From contig JBNJFB010000055.1 in the NCBI GenBank assembly GCA_051746405.1, positions 1 through 14,093 on the forward strand: a DNA stretch of 14,093 nucleotides, read 5' to 3'. The position numbers and the translations under genes are program-made. Position 1 is the first letter of the stretch. The number at the start of each line of letters is the position of its first letter. The DNA is from Campylobacterota bacterium. Lineage in GTDB: Bacteria > Campylobacterota > Campylobacteria > Campylobacterales > Arcobacteraceae. This document shows positions 1 to 9,544 of this stretch, one piece after another. The notes under the pieces are model-generated. The model was not told where the DNA came from and searched no databases. It worked only from the letters and a program-made list of their open reading frames with translations.

Positions 1-245
1 GCAAGCTCTAAAGTCTGAGTTACATTTACTCTCTCATACTCCTCTACACTTGCTCCGCCCATTTGATGAACTAAAGCCGATAGATGAAAAACTACATCCA
101 CACCACTACACTCTAAAGAGTCAAAATCATCGTTTAAAAAACTAAACGATTTTATCTCATACTTTGGACTATATTTTTCAATAAAATACGATCCAACAAA
201 TCCGCTAGCACCCGTAAGCAATATTGTTTTTTTATAATTCAACAT
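1..245 (-). CDS. NAD-dependent epimerase/dehydratase (extended SDR), N-terminal part; runs off the left edge
   Basis: Manual translation from ATG at 245: MLNYKKTILLTGASGFVGSYFIEKYSPKYEIKSFSFLNDDFDSLECSGVDVVFHLSALVHQMGGASVEEYERVNVTQTLEL. It has the TGxxGxxG Rossmann motif, DVVFHLSA and VNV motifs, and is open to the window edge. Confidence 0.92.
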   Translation of the reverse strand, partial: MLNYKKTILLTGASGFVGSYFIEKYSPKYEIKSFSFLNDDFDSLECSGVDVVFHLSALVHQMGGASVEEYERVNVTQTLEL

Positions 246-262
246 TTAATATTCACCATTCA
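235..262 (-). repeat. Four degenerate tandem 7-mers (TGAATGG TGAATAT TAAATGT TGAATTA)
   Basis: Read directly. The array spans the stop of the 23-aa false-start ORF and the ATG of the epimerase. Confidence 0.6.
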
Positions 263-317
263 AAATTATTTTGCTTCCTACAAAGCCTGATGAACCTGTC
301 ATTAAAATTTTATTCAT
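246..317 (-). other. 23-aa mini-ORF, truncated duplicate of an epimerase N-terminus (MNKILMTGSSGFVGSKIILNGEY*)
   Basis: Its ATG overlaps the end of the PemK-like gene (GATGAATAA). Its TAA (248-246) directly abuts the in-frame epimerase ATG at 245. It carries the TGxxGxxG motif. Confidence 0.75.
258..284. repeat. 27-bp perfect direct repeat, copy 1 (ATTCAAAATTATTTTGCTTCCTACAAA)
   Basis: Identical to 683-709. Similarity continues as TGAACCTGT-x-ATTAAAA (291-307 vs 722-738). Confidence 0.95.
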
Positions 318-325
318 CAGCATAT

Positions 326-354
326 TTGACTTCTTTAGGTTCATTTGGTATAAT
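326..354 (+). promoter_or_regulatory. Antisense sigma70 promoter inside the 3' end of the PemK-like gene
   Basis: TTGACT (326-331), 17-bp spacer, TATAAT (349-354), with extended -10 TG at 346-347. Confidence 0.75.
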
Positions 355-360
355 ATCCTT

Positions 361-420
361 ATTAATTCGCTGCTCACTTTTAGTGAGTGTAGCCTCCCCT
401 CTATCTTGAGGGGTTAACTT
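361..420 (+). ncRNA. Candidate small antisense RNA A (two hairpins), convergent with the PemK-like gene 3' region
   Basis: Lies directly after the 326-354 promoter. Hairpins are CTCACT-TTT-AGTGAG (373-387) and CCCCTC-TATCTT-GAGGGG (396-413), followed by TTAACTT. Ends are estimated. Confidence 0.5.
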
Positions 421-590
421 ATAAAAATCTTCACCCTTACCATAAACTTCATATCCGATATTTTGTCCAATATGTACAAACCAAATCTCACCTTGTCTGA
501 AATGTATCCTATTTTTATTAGTATGGATATCTTTTTTTTTACTGTTCCAACTATCGAAGCTTTCAATCTCTTCCATCTTTTAACCTTTTA

Positions 591-619
591 TTGACACCTC
601 TTTTTATTTTTGCTATAAT
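591..619 (+). promoter_or_regulatory. Perfect-consensus sigma70 promoter, antisense to the operon and divergent from the PemK-like start
   Basis: TTGACA (591-596), 17-bp spacer, TATAAT (614-619), with extended -10 TG at 611-612. Confidence 0.85.
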
Positions 620-624
620 CACAG

Positions 625-680
625 CCTAATCCCCCAGTAAGTCTTTGTTTGAAACAGAGCAAAGCTTGGGGTCTTTTTTT
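625..680 (+). ncRNA. Candidate small RNA B: one long bulged hairpin ending in a U7 intrinsic terminator
   Basis: Follows the 591-619 promoter. CCCCA (632-636) pairs with TGGGG (667-671) and CTTTG (643-647) with CAAAG (660-664), then TC and T7 (674-680). No credible ORF with an RBS. Confidence 0.6.
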
Positions 681-745
681 AAATTCAAAATTATTTTGCT
701 TCCTACAAATCCAAAACCACTTGAACCTGTGATTAAAAGTTTCAT
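626..745 (-). other. 39-aa mini-ORF beginning as a duplicate epimerase N-terminus ([39 protein letters not shown])
   Basis: ATGA overlap with the stop of the upstream GT4. The first ~21 codons match the 246-317 mini-ORF; the rest reads through the complement of RNA B. Confidence 0.7.
683..709. repeat. 27-bp perfect direct repeat, copy 2
   Basis: Identical to 258-284, offset 425 bp. Confidence 0.95.
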
Positions 746-1905
746 TTATTACCTTTCAGTAGTTCATTATATTTTTTTATTAATTCATTCCAAATATAAA
801 AACTATCAAATTCTTTTTCTACTCTTTTTCTACCATTTTGTCCTAAATTATTTCTTAATTTTTCATCTTCTATTAATAGCTTTAAATTTTCATACAAACC
901 ATTTACTTTAAAAGCTTTTGATAAAAGGCCTGTTTTTTTATCAATAATACTTTCTCTACAACCTACTACATCAAATGCGACTATTGGCAACTCCATAGCC
1001 GAAGCTTCTATCGCTACATTTCCAAAGCCTTCTCTGTAGCTTGGGAACGCAAATATATCAGCCATAGCAAAATAGTTTTCTACTTCATAGGACCAGTCTG
1101 CACGATATATTTTTGGATGTGTATTTATAGTGCTTAGAATGCTGTTATCAATTTTATCTACACTGTCTTCTTTTCCTTGAATAAGAAGACAAATCTTCTC
1201 AAACTCTTTTTCTAAAAGTAAAAAAGCATCTACTAACTCTTCTACTCCTTTATCTTTTCTAATTCTTCCACTATATAATATACATATTTCACTATCACTA
1301 ATTCCTAGAGCTTTCTTTTCAATATTTGCTTTTTTTACAATATCTTCTGTTTTTGTAAACTTTCTCAAATCGACACCATTACTTGAACCTGAGCCAATTA
1401 CAAATATCTTACTTTCTTTGCACAAACCTTTTGCAATAAAATCGTCTTTTATCTCATGTGAGATAGAAAATACAGAATCAGATAATTTACATATCAGTTT
1501 ATCAATATTTTCAAATATCTTTTTACCAAATCCTTTTTTATTTTCATAAGCACGACCTCTTATGGTAAATATAATATTTTTTTGAAAAGTAATAAATGCA
1601 GCTAATGAGCCAAGCAAAGAAGCTTTTGGAGTAGATACACTAACTATATCAAATCGATTAGTAATAAAAAATCTAATAAGCTGCAATAATGAAATAAAAT
1701 CTTTAAAGGCAGAAGGAGCTCTTTGCATATCAATAGCTACAGAGTTTATACCCATCTTTTTAAGTTTATCATGTTCAACACCACTTGAGGCAATGGCAGT
1801 TATCTCAAATCCATTTTTTTGTAGATACAAAAACTGTTCTCTATATAGACTCCATAAATTCATAGGATCAGTAATAACTACACATAGTTTTATTTTCTTA
1901 CTCAT
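742..1905 (-). CDS. Glycosyltransferase family 4 (CapM-like), intact
   Basis: 387 aa with [23 protein letters not shown] and [21 protein letters not shown] (Ex7E motif). Confidence 0.93.
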   Translation of the reverse strand: MSKKIKLCVVITDPMNLWSLYREQFLYLQKNGFEITAIASSGVEHDKLKKMGINSVAIDMQRAPSAFKDFISLLQLIRFFITNRFDIVSVSTPKASLLGSLAAFITFQKNIIFTIRGRAYENKKGFGKKIFENIDKLICKLSDSVFSISHEIKDDFIAKGLCKESKIFVIGSGSSNGVDLRKFTKTEDIVKKANIEKKALGISDSEICILYSGRIRKDKGVEELVDAFLLLEKEFEKICLLIQGKEDSVDKIDNSILSTINTHPKIYRADWSYEVENYFAMADIFAFPSYREGFGNVAIEASAMELPIVAFDVVGCRESIIDKKTGLLSKAFKVNGLYENLKLLIEDEKLRNNLGQNGRKRVEKEFDSFYIWNELIKKYNELLKGNK

Positions 1906-2422
1906 TTAAACCCTTTATCTCTTTAGCAGGTATTCCTCCAGCTAATGTGTAATTTCTAATATCTTTTGAAACCACACTATTTGCAGCGACAATACAACCA
2001 CAACCAATATTGACCCCAGAGGCAATAGTACAATGAGAAGCTATCCAAGTCCCCTTACCTATAAAAACTTTTTCAAAATCTGAGCTACCTTGATATACTG
2101 AATTATGTTTCATAGTATGTTTTGTAGAAACAAGTACAACATAAGGACCGAACATAATCTCATCTTCAATAGTCACACCACCTAGTGCATTTATCCAAGT
2201 GCCTTTTGCAAAGTAAACATTATTTCCAATATTGAGCTTATCTATCCCAAGAAGTGTAACATCTCTACCTATAGTGAAGTTCTTAGGACGATTTGGCAAA
2301 AAAAGTGCCACCAAAAAACCTCTTAGTTTTATACTTATTCTATTATCAGGTAACCAACTTGTAATAAGCATACTAAACCATACAGGTAATGCATATCTGA
2401 ATTGATACTTTAATTGATTCAT
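1898..2422 (-). CDS. Hexapeptide-repeat (left-handed beta-helix) sugar O-acetyltransferase, intact
   Basis: 174 aa with [50 protein letters not shown] and GGIPAK. Confidence 0.92.
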   Translation of the reverse strand: MNQLKYQFRYALPVWFSMLITSWLPDNRISIKLRGFLVALFLPNRPKNFTIGRDVTLLGIDKLNIGNNVYFAKGTWINALGGVTIEDEIMFGPYVVLVSTKHTMKHNSVYQGSSDFEKVFIGKGTWIASHCTIASGVNIGCGCIVAANSVVSKDIRNYTLAGGIPAKEIKGLNE

Positions 2423-3567
2423 ATCTTTGCCTTTTCATATAACTTTTTATAAAACTCACTTCTTATTTTATGAATGTGTGATTTATCATACTGTTTGCTT
2501 TTTTCAAAATTCATCTTTGATATTTTTTTTAACTCTTATTTAAAGTATTTAATATCACTTTAACTAAAGATTCACTACTTCCTGCTTTGGATATAAACTC
2601 ATCTTTTAATAATTCAGGGATTCCACCTGTATCTGATCCCATACATATACACTTTCTACTCATAGCTTCTATAGTAGCTCTAGGTAATCCTTCTTGTAAG
2701 CTAGGCTGTAAATAAAAGTCTATTTCATCAAGCCAATTTAAAACAGCATCACCATTTGGCAAACTTCCACTAAACACAATATTTTTTTCAAGGTTATTTT
2801 GCTTAATAAGTTCTTTATAATCTTCTGGATTCCCCTTACCAAGTATTCTAAACTCAAAGTCACCTATTTGGTCTTTTATCTGTCCAAAGGCTTCTATAGC
2901 TATATGAAGTCCCTTGTATCTAGTCTTATAGTTACCTATAAGTCCAAATATTTTCTTTTTTGATTTATCAAACTTTTTAGTTTGTATATTTTCATCTACA
3001 CTTATCTCTACATTTGAAGCATTTACTGAAACTGCTTTAGCATTTGATGGATATCTTTTTTGCAAAAACTTCTCTGTAACATAAAGATTCATATCTGAAC
3101 CACTTATAGCTTTTCGCATCTTTATAAAAGAGAAAGGAGCATAAAGTTTAGCTAATATTGAGCCATGATTCCATAAAGCATCCTACAATTTCTAAAGAAT
3201 AAGGCTTACCCAGCTCTTTTGCACACTCTATAGCTAAAAGTCCATTTTCACTAGGAAGTCTTACAACTAAAGTATCAGAGTTTTTTAAAAGCTCTTTTAT
3301 TTGGCTCTGAACTTTAGATTTGTTTTTGATAAGCTTTATAGGTGAGGCTATACTATCTACAAAATGAAAGTCAACATTTTCCCTAGATGATAGAACCAAG
3401 CTATTTTCACTACTATCATAAAGCCCACCATATCGTCCCACCACATCGATAGCATCAAAAAATTCAAAATATCTATCCCATGCATAAGTGGGATAAGCAG
3501 CACCAGAATAGACTAAATTCTCTTTACTTTTATAAAATATATGATCATGTACGAATAGTAGTTTCAT
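2419..3567 (-). pseudogene. Glycosyltransferase family 4, two frameshifts (~3175 and ~2530)
   Basis: ORF 3148..3567 (N-half, LLFVHDH) plus 2529..3119 (QPSLQEGLPRATIEAMS) plus a C-terminal tail (..[21 protein letters not shown]) in another frame, ending in an ATGA overlap with the acetyltransferase. Confidence 0.88.
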
Positions 3568-4647
3568 TTTTCCTCTTTTTTTTATTTAATTTATTCAAAA
3601 TATGTGTTGACACCATCGCAAAAACAACACTAATTAAAGGCCAAAAAATCAATTTTTTCCTTACCATATTGTCTCCTAGAGTTCCTAAACCATAACTTTC
3701 AAATGAAGTATAATACCCCATCGCACCAAGTGCAGTAGACAATAATACAAAAGGAAAAATAAACTCTTTTGAGAAAAACCTAAAAGACTTATTAATGACC
3801 GAAAACAAAAGAAATAACATTAAAATAACACTTGAAAACATTCCTTCAATTGTAAACAAAAAAGGACTGTAGTTCCATTTTCCGATAACAATAAGTTCCC
3901 AATTCTGAAGTTTATAAACAACAGGGGATGCAAATACAAAAACAAACAACATAACAGTATTAAGTAATACTATCCAAGAAGTAAACAGTGCATACACAAA
4001 TATATAAACAGTTACTACATATTTCTTATATCTGTTAACTATATGCTCGTTATTTAAAAATAAGTAGATTGCAACAACAGTGGCTATACTATACGGTCTA
4101 ATGAGCAAGCCAAGCCCTATAAAAAGCAAGCCAAAAAAATAGCTTCGTCTATACAAAAATGTAGCAGCTAATACTGCAAATGATAGACTCAATATGTCTT
4201 TAGAAAATGTACTACTCCAATAAAGCACAGATGGAGACAATACAAGAAATCTAAAGAAAGCTTTTTTATCTAACCATGTTGATTTAGTTTTTAATGCTCC
4301 TATCCAGCTATTAGCCAAATAAAGATATTGGTACTCTTTTTTATAAAAATCATCCAAAAGCAAAGGAAAAGTGTAGGTTGATGCAAAGAAAATCTTTGTT
4401 GAGTTTATATAATCACTAAATGAAAATAATGGACTTTGATAAAATGCGTAGAATTCCTTTTCATCCACACTAAAAAAATAATAAATTAAAAAAAACAAAA
4501 GACTAGCCCAAAACTTGTAGATAAATAAAAATAAAACATATAAGTGAATTTGTAATCATTTGCAAAATAAAATGGTATTACATTCAATAGTAATATGAAA
4601 AAAAACAATGTAAATAAATACTTATTAATTCTAAAAATACTACTCAC
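3545..4647 (-). pseudogene. wzy: Wzy-like O-antigen polymerase (multi-pass membrane protein), frameshifted near the 5' end
   Basis: Very hydrophobic 317-aa ORF (3545..4498) with LYWSSTFSKD and IRPY motifs. A hydrophobic 5' segment starts at GTG 4647, overlaps the upstream stop and is in a different frame. Position among GTs fits. Confidence 0.65.
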
Positions 4648-5578
4648 AAATAGCCTTTAAATAATCATCCCCAACACAGTAAACTTCTGAGCATATTTGA
4701 TAAGAACTTCATTTTTACTGTTTGTTCATGACTTAACGCATCAATATATCCTTGTTTATCATCCAACTCTACTAGTTTTCCATTTTCTAGTATCATCTTT
4801 GGACCACCAGGACAATTAGTAGAAACTACAGGCGTGCCTGCACTTAAAGCCTCTACTATAACATTACCAAAGCCTTCCCAGTTTGAAGTTAAAGCAAATA
4901 CAGTAGCTTGTTGATAATATTTGATTGAAACTCTTCTATGTAATCATCCATCTCAAGCTCACCTTCTCCTACTATTATAAGCTTTGCATTGTCATGTTTT
5001 TTAACAACCTCTGCAAAACACTCTATCAAAAATGTATAGTTTTTTTGTTGGTGCATTCTTCCTACGCTTTTAGGTTATTGTCATTTAGCCATTTGTGAGC
5101 ACACCCTTCTTTTAACAATTCTTTGTAATTTGGTGGAAGCACTGGGTTAACTATTATGGTGGCTTTTTCACTAGCTATAATCTTTTCTTCGTGTCAGGAG
5201 AATTTGCTATAACTTAATTGCATCAAAGTTTTATACACTATATATAAACTTCATACTCCTTACACTATCAAGTGTATTAGCTTCTCTAAAAACTAAGTGC
5301 TTTATATTCAATCCATATGAAGCTAGTCCCACCATGATGTTAGCATCACGAATGACAGAAAGTATATAGTTGTCTTTTAATTTAAAAAAAGAAACATTCA
5401 AGTTTATCAAATCAACATCTGAATTAACCAAGTCAATATATTTCCCTACCTTTTTAAAAAGCACCAAGTCCACTTCATGCCCTATCGATGCATAATAGTT
5501 TGCTAAATTTACAGCTACTTTCTCTGCCCCACCACCATTTAAACTTGGAGATATTACAACTATTTTCTTATTGTTCAT
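4640..5578 (-). pseudogene. Glycosyltransferase family 4 (PglJ/WbnH-like), multiply disrupted
   Basis: MNNKKIVVISPSLNGGGAEKVAVNLAN...FREANT, then out-of-frame fragments VGRMHQQKNY, IIVGEGE and [33 protein letters not shown]. Confidence 0.88.
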
Positions 5579-5579
5579 C

Positions 5580-6571
5580 TTTTTTACAATATTCATCCAA
5601 CTATCAACTTTCTTACTTAAATTATTTTCTTGAATTTTCACCATATGACTGTCGCAAAGGCTCATTATTAATCAGTGATGATATTTTTTCAGATAAATCA
5701 TCACTTGATTTCACTTTAAACCATTATGAGCATCTTCCTTATGAGGTGATATATCAGAACAAATTACTGGACATCCGCAAGACATGGCTTCAAGAAGAGC
5801 CTTTGGCATACCCTCACTATGAGATGGGAAATCACAATTATTATATTCTTTTAAAAGATCTTCTCTATTTGTAGTTAAATTTATGATTCCTTTTAGTTAA
5901 AGAAGTTTTCTATATACTTAATGTTTGCATTACCACATAGTATAACTTCTATGTTATTATCTATAGAGTTTATTGATTGGATAAGTTCACCAATACCTTT
6001 TGCAGCATATACATTTCCAACAAAAATACTTTCCATGATGAGTATACTTTCTATTGCATCTAAATACATTAGTATCGATACCTCTATACTGCATTTTTTG
6101 GGATTTAAATTATATGCATGAGTTTTGTACTGCATTTGAATTTGAGACTATTCTAGTACATTTACTGGGAAAATATTTTATTGCACTGAACACTCTTATG
6201 GCATCAAATATTCCTATCCTATTTCGAATTATATTTTTTATATATCTAATGATTTAGGAGCAATTTGTCCCTGATTTGCTAAAAAAGTGATACATTACAA
6301 TTAGCTAACAATGCTATATTTATAATCCATCTATTTCAAAACTTTTTATTACTTCTAAATATTTATTTAGAAAATTCTCACCTGATAATCCAGTAAAATG
6401 ATAATAAACATTTTGAGGTAAATCATACTTATGTGTCTTTGGTCTATTTCCACCACTTAGGACATGTATTTCAACACCTCTTTCAGCCAATCCCCAAGCT
6501 AGATTTTCAAGTCCAGTATTCATACCTCTATTTAAAGCAGAGTTTGTTACTACAAAAAGTACTCGCATCAT
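5580..6571 (-). pseudogene. Glycosyltransferase family 4, multiply disrupted
   Basis: N-terminal ORF 6320..6571 (MRVLFVV..GMNTGLENLAWGLAERG), middle fragment FVGNVYAAKGIGELI (5893..6135) and FPSHSEGMPKALLEAMSCGCPVICSDI at ~5750-5840. The 3' end is approximate. Confidence 0.85.
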
Positions 6572-7277
6572 TTAGCAACCAATCTTCTTATTATTTTTTT
6601 AGCCAATATATTAAATTTAAAAGCCCAAGGTGATAATTTTATAATATCTTTTTTGGTAGCTAGTAAATCGCCATTGTGTTCTACAAAACTATAATTGTAG
6701 TTATGAAGTGTTTCCAAGAGTTCTTTTTGCGAACTGTTATACTCCATATTTATTACTATAGGATAAATACCAGTAGCAAAAACTAATTTTAATATTTCAT
6801 AATCATAACCTTCTGTATCTATTTGAAGAATATCAATATCATGTTTTAAAACAATTTTATCAAACCCTATTGGTGGAACTTCTATTTGTTCTATCCATAT
6901 TTTCTTTTTTAAAAAAATCAGGAGATATTTTATATAAAAAGTCCTCAACATGTTTTCTATCCATTGAAGCATTTGCATTTTCTTTATATATTTTTTTATA
7001 TTCTTCAAGTTTATCATGCGCAACACGATACATCTTTATACTTTCTTTTATATCAGAGATAGCATTATTTATAAGATTGTGCATCTTTATAGTTTTCTAA
7101 AAGTTTCTCATAAACATCCGGCTGGGGTTCTACAAAAACAGCTTTACATTCAGTCTTTTGCAAATGCTTAAATATAGGATCATTACTTTTCCCATCATTT
7201 GCACCAACTTGGACTACATAAGGTAGTTCTTTCTTTTTAAGTATAAATTCAAATATATCATCAACATTACTAAACAT
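6568..7277 (-). pseudogene. FkbM-family SAM-dependent methyltransferase, frameshifted
   Basis: Three overlapping fragments: VVQVGANDG..DPI..VFVEPQP (7065..7277), LINNAISD (6860..7084) and DILQIDTEGYDYEIL..INMEY (6568..7026). AAGGAG RBS upstream. Confidence 0.88.
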
Positions 7278-7294
7278 TTTATCTCCTTAATTTA

Positions 7295-8311
7295 TTATCT
7301 AATTTTTCTTATAACGACTGCAATTTTATTTACAAGTCCTAGATTATTTTTTAACAAAAATAGTAAATACAATTTTTTGTTTAATTTTATTATCTCTTTT
7401 TCTATATTTTCTAAGTATTCTCTAGCATCTTTATAACTTCCTAACTGCATCAAAATATTTATTTTTGATAGTATTAGTTTTGAATATTTTAAATTCAATG
7501 ATACTAAATATTTTTTTGGAATAACTTCCTTCAATCTTCTATTATCTCTTAGTCTTATATCTATCTCTTTTAGCATATTATCTAAACTCTTTTGTTTTTG
7601 ATTATCTGACCAACTTGATGGTACATTATATCTTCTCGTACACATATCTTTATCTATAAATAATGCAGGGTATTTTAATGCTCCAAATATTTGTAAATAA
7701 TAGTCTCCAACTACTGTATCTTCACTTAAAAACCAATTTACTAATATATCTCTTTTAAAGACAAGTGATGGTGTAGGACATATCCCTCCATTAGCGTCTA
7801 TAAAAGTATTAAGGTCTATTAGTTTTTTACCTTTGAAGTTATCTTTTTTTATAAAACTTTTAGAATTATCAATTTGATTAAGATAATATGCATTATGAAA
7901 ACTCATATTTACTTCAGGATATTTTTTCATTTCATCTATTTGTATTTGTAATTTTTTTGAAGTTATCCAGTAGTCATCTCCCTCACATAATGCAATGTAT
8001 TTACCTATACAGGTTTTCATTGTTCTATTAAAATTAGCATTCATCCCAACATTACTTTCACTCGTAACAAGTTTTATCAACTTTGGATACTCTTTTATAT
8101 AATCATCAATAATTTTTTTAGTACCATCAGTACTACAGTCCTCACCAATAACTATTTCAAAAGGAAAATCCGTCTCTTGCATCAAAAAGCTATCTATTGC
8201 TTCTTCTATATATTTTTCATGATTGTAAGTTATACAACACACGCTTACTACTGGCTTGTCTGTATCACCTTTCCAATTTTGCATAATCTCTTGTTCGGTT
8301 CTTTTTGTCAT
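7295..8311 (-). CDS. Glycosyltransferase family 2, intact
   Basis: 338 aa with VSVCCITYNHEKYI, IGEDCSTDGT, YIALCEGDDYW and GDY. Confidence 0.93.
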   Translation of the reverse strand: MTKRTEQEIMQNWKGDTDKPVVSVCCITYNHEKYIEEAIDSFLMQETDFPFEIVIGEDCSTDGTKKIIDDYIKEYPKLIKLVTSESNVGMNANFNRTMKTCIGKYIALCEGDDYWITSKKLQIQIDEMKKYPEVNMSFHNAYYLNQIDNSKSFIKKDNFKGKKLIDLNTFIDANGGICPTPSLVFKRDILVNWFLSEDTVVGDYYLQIFGALKYPALFIDKDMCTRRYNVPSSWSDNQKQKSLDNMLKEIDIRLRDNRRLKEVIPKKYLVSLNLKYSKLILSKINILMQLGSYKDAREYLENIEKEIIKLNKKLYLLFLLKNNLGLVNKIAVVIRKIR

Positions 8312-9542
8312 TTTATCCTCTTCATTTTTGCTATTATTATTTCTCTAAAGTCTTTATATATCAAGGTATTTAACATCAATAATCCACATCCAAGTACTAC
8401 TAACAATACAAATATTTCCACCCTTGAGAGTATTGCAAAATTTATATTAAAAAACTTCACAGCAAAAACATACACCAAAGTCATCACAACCGCTGGTGCA
8501 ATATCTTTTAAAAGCCAGTCTTTATGTATGCCTTTGGCAAATCTACTATGGTGGCCAGATGAGAAACACAAATAATTGTATTGCAAACCAAGCTATACCT
8601 GCACCTAATGCTCCATAGTTTGTCACTGCAAAATATACTATTGGTAATGCTAAAATAGGAAAAAATGTATTAAATTTGATATGATACTTTAGTTCTCCAT
8701 GTGCAAACTGCAAATAATACTGAAATGCCAAAAAAGCATTTCCCCATGCATACCAAAACAGCACTGGTGCTGCCCATGTAGAAGCTTCAACATTTCCACT
8801 CCATGCATAAAGTAACTCATAAGAAAAAAATGAAACCATTCCAACAACCGAAAATATAATAATAGAGATAAACCTAGTCCCTTTTCTATAAAGACTCAGC
8901 ATCTCACTTTCTTTGTTATTTGAGAGAAGCGAAGTCATTCTTGGAAGTATCGCATTGCATAATAGAAGCACTACCAAAGTAAAATATCCATACTCTTTAA
9001 GCGGTATATAAAAGCAATTTGTCTAGTTGAGTAAATACTATCCATATTCCAGAGGTATATGCTAAAGCAATTTTTTTGATACTTGCTATAGTAGGGTAAA
9101 CTTTCTCATTAGTTTGAATATATTTTTCTTTTTAAGATCCAAAACTCAACAACAGCTTGATATATAAAAATATCTGTACTTACAAGTATCAAACCACCAC
9201 CAAACTTTAAAGTAGCCATCAAAACGCGATAAGTGTTATACCAAACTTGTTGTTCAAAGCCATTGACTATACCGGTATAAAGACTCACATACCATCATAA
9301 GTTGAATGCACAGTAGCTAGTGGTAGTTTTTCTACTTGAAAAATAGATACCCAAATCCAAGTATCAAAAACTCAACACTTTTTTTATTTCTATAAGACCG
9401 TTGAGCTTAGCCGTTTCTCTTTTGAGTGCATTACTAAATCCCATATCCAAGACATAAGCCTCAGCACCCAAATACTCCAAGTAAAAAAGATACCTATGTA
9501 GTTGGCTATGGTGTTTCTTTTGAGGCTTGTTGGTTTAGACAT
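8308..9542 (-). pseudogene. wzx: O-antigen flippase, multiply disrupted
   Basis: Start MSKPTSLKRNTIANYIG at 9542, fragments YLEYLGAEAY and LDMGF, INGFEQQVWYN, FTQLDKLL, PLKEYGYFTL, and ORFs 8546..8977 (AILPRMTSLLS..AFQYYLQFAHG..YGALGAG) and 8308..8586. Confidence 0.88.
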
Positions 9543-9544
9543 TT

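Larger units (their letters stand above)
310..576 (-). pseudogene. PemK/MazF-family endoribonuclease toxin-like gene, orphan, apparently with an in-frame internal deletion
   Basis: FDSWNSKKK...FRQGEIWFVHIGQNIGYEVYGKGEDF is the typical N-terminus of this PemK-like subfamily. The RPVL-type motif and core that normally follow are missing (88 aa only). AAGG RBS lies upstream. Confidence 0.8.

Noticed and set aside
224..409. Plus-strand 61-aa hydrophobic ORF (possible type I toxin peptide)
   Set aside because: Starts upstream of the 326-354 promoter, has no RBS, and its composition is that of antisense AT-rich coding DNA.
258..709. 27-bp repeats as a CRISPR array or IS ends/target-site duplication
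   Set aside because: Only two direct copies 425 bp apart, coding for an epimerase motif. No spacer pattern, cas gene, inverted ends or transposase.
645..911. Plus-strand 88-aa ORF downstream of the strong 591-619 promoter
   Set aside because: TTG start inside the hairpin, no RBS, crosses the terminator U-tract and is the antisense shadow of the GT4 gene.
2419..4647. Phase variation by homopolymer slippage as the cause of the frameshifts
   Set aside because: No long poly-G/C tracts. A/T runs are expected at this composition and the lesions remove several codons.
5231..5665. ORF-track start at 5665 as a real gene start
   Set aside because: The first 29 codons are the decayed tail of the upstream GT4; the family-typical start is MNNKKIVVI at 5578.
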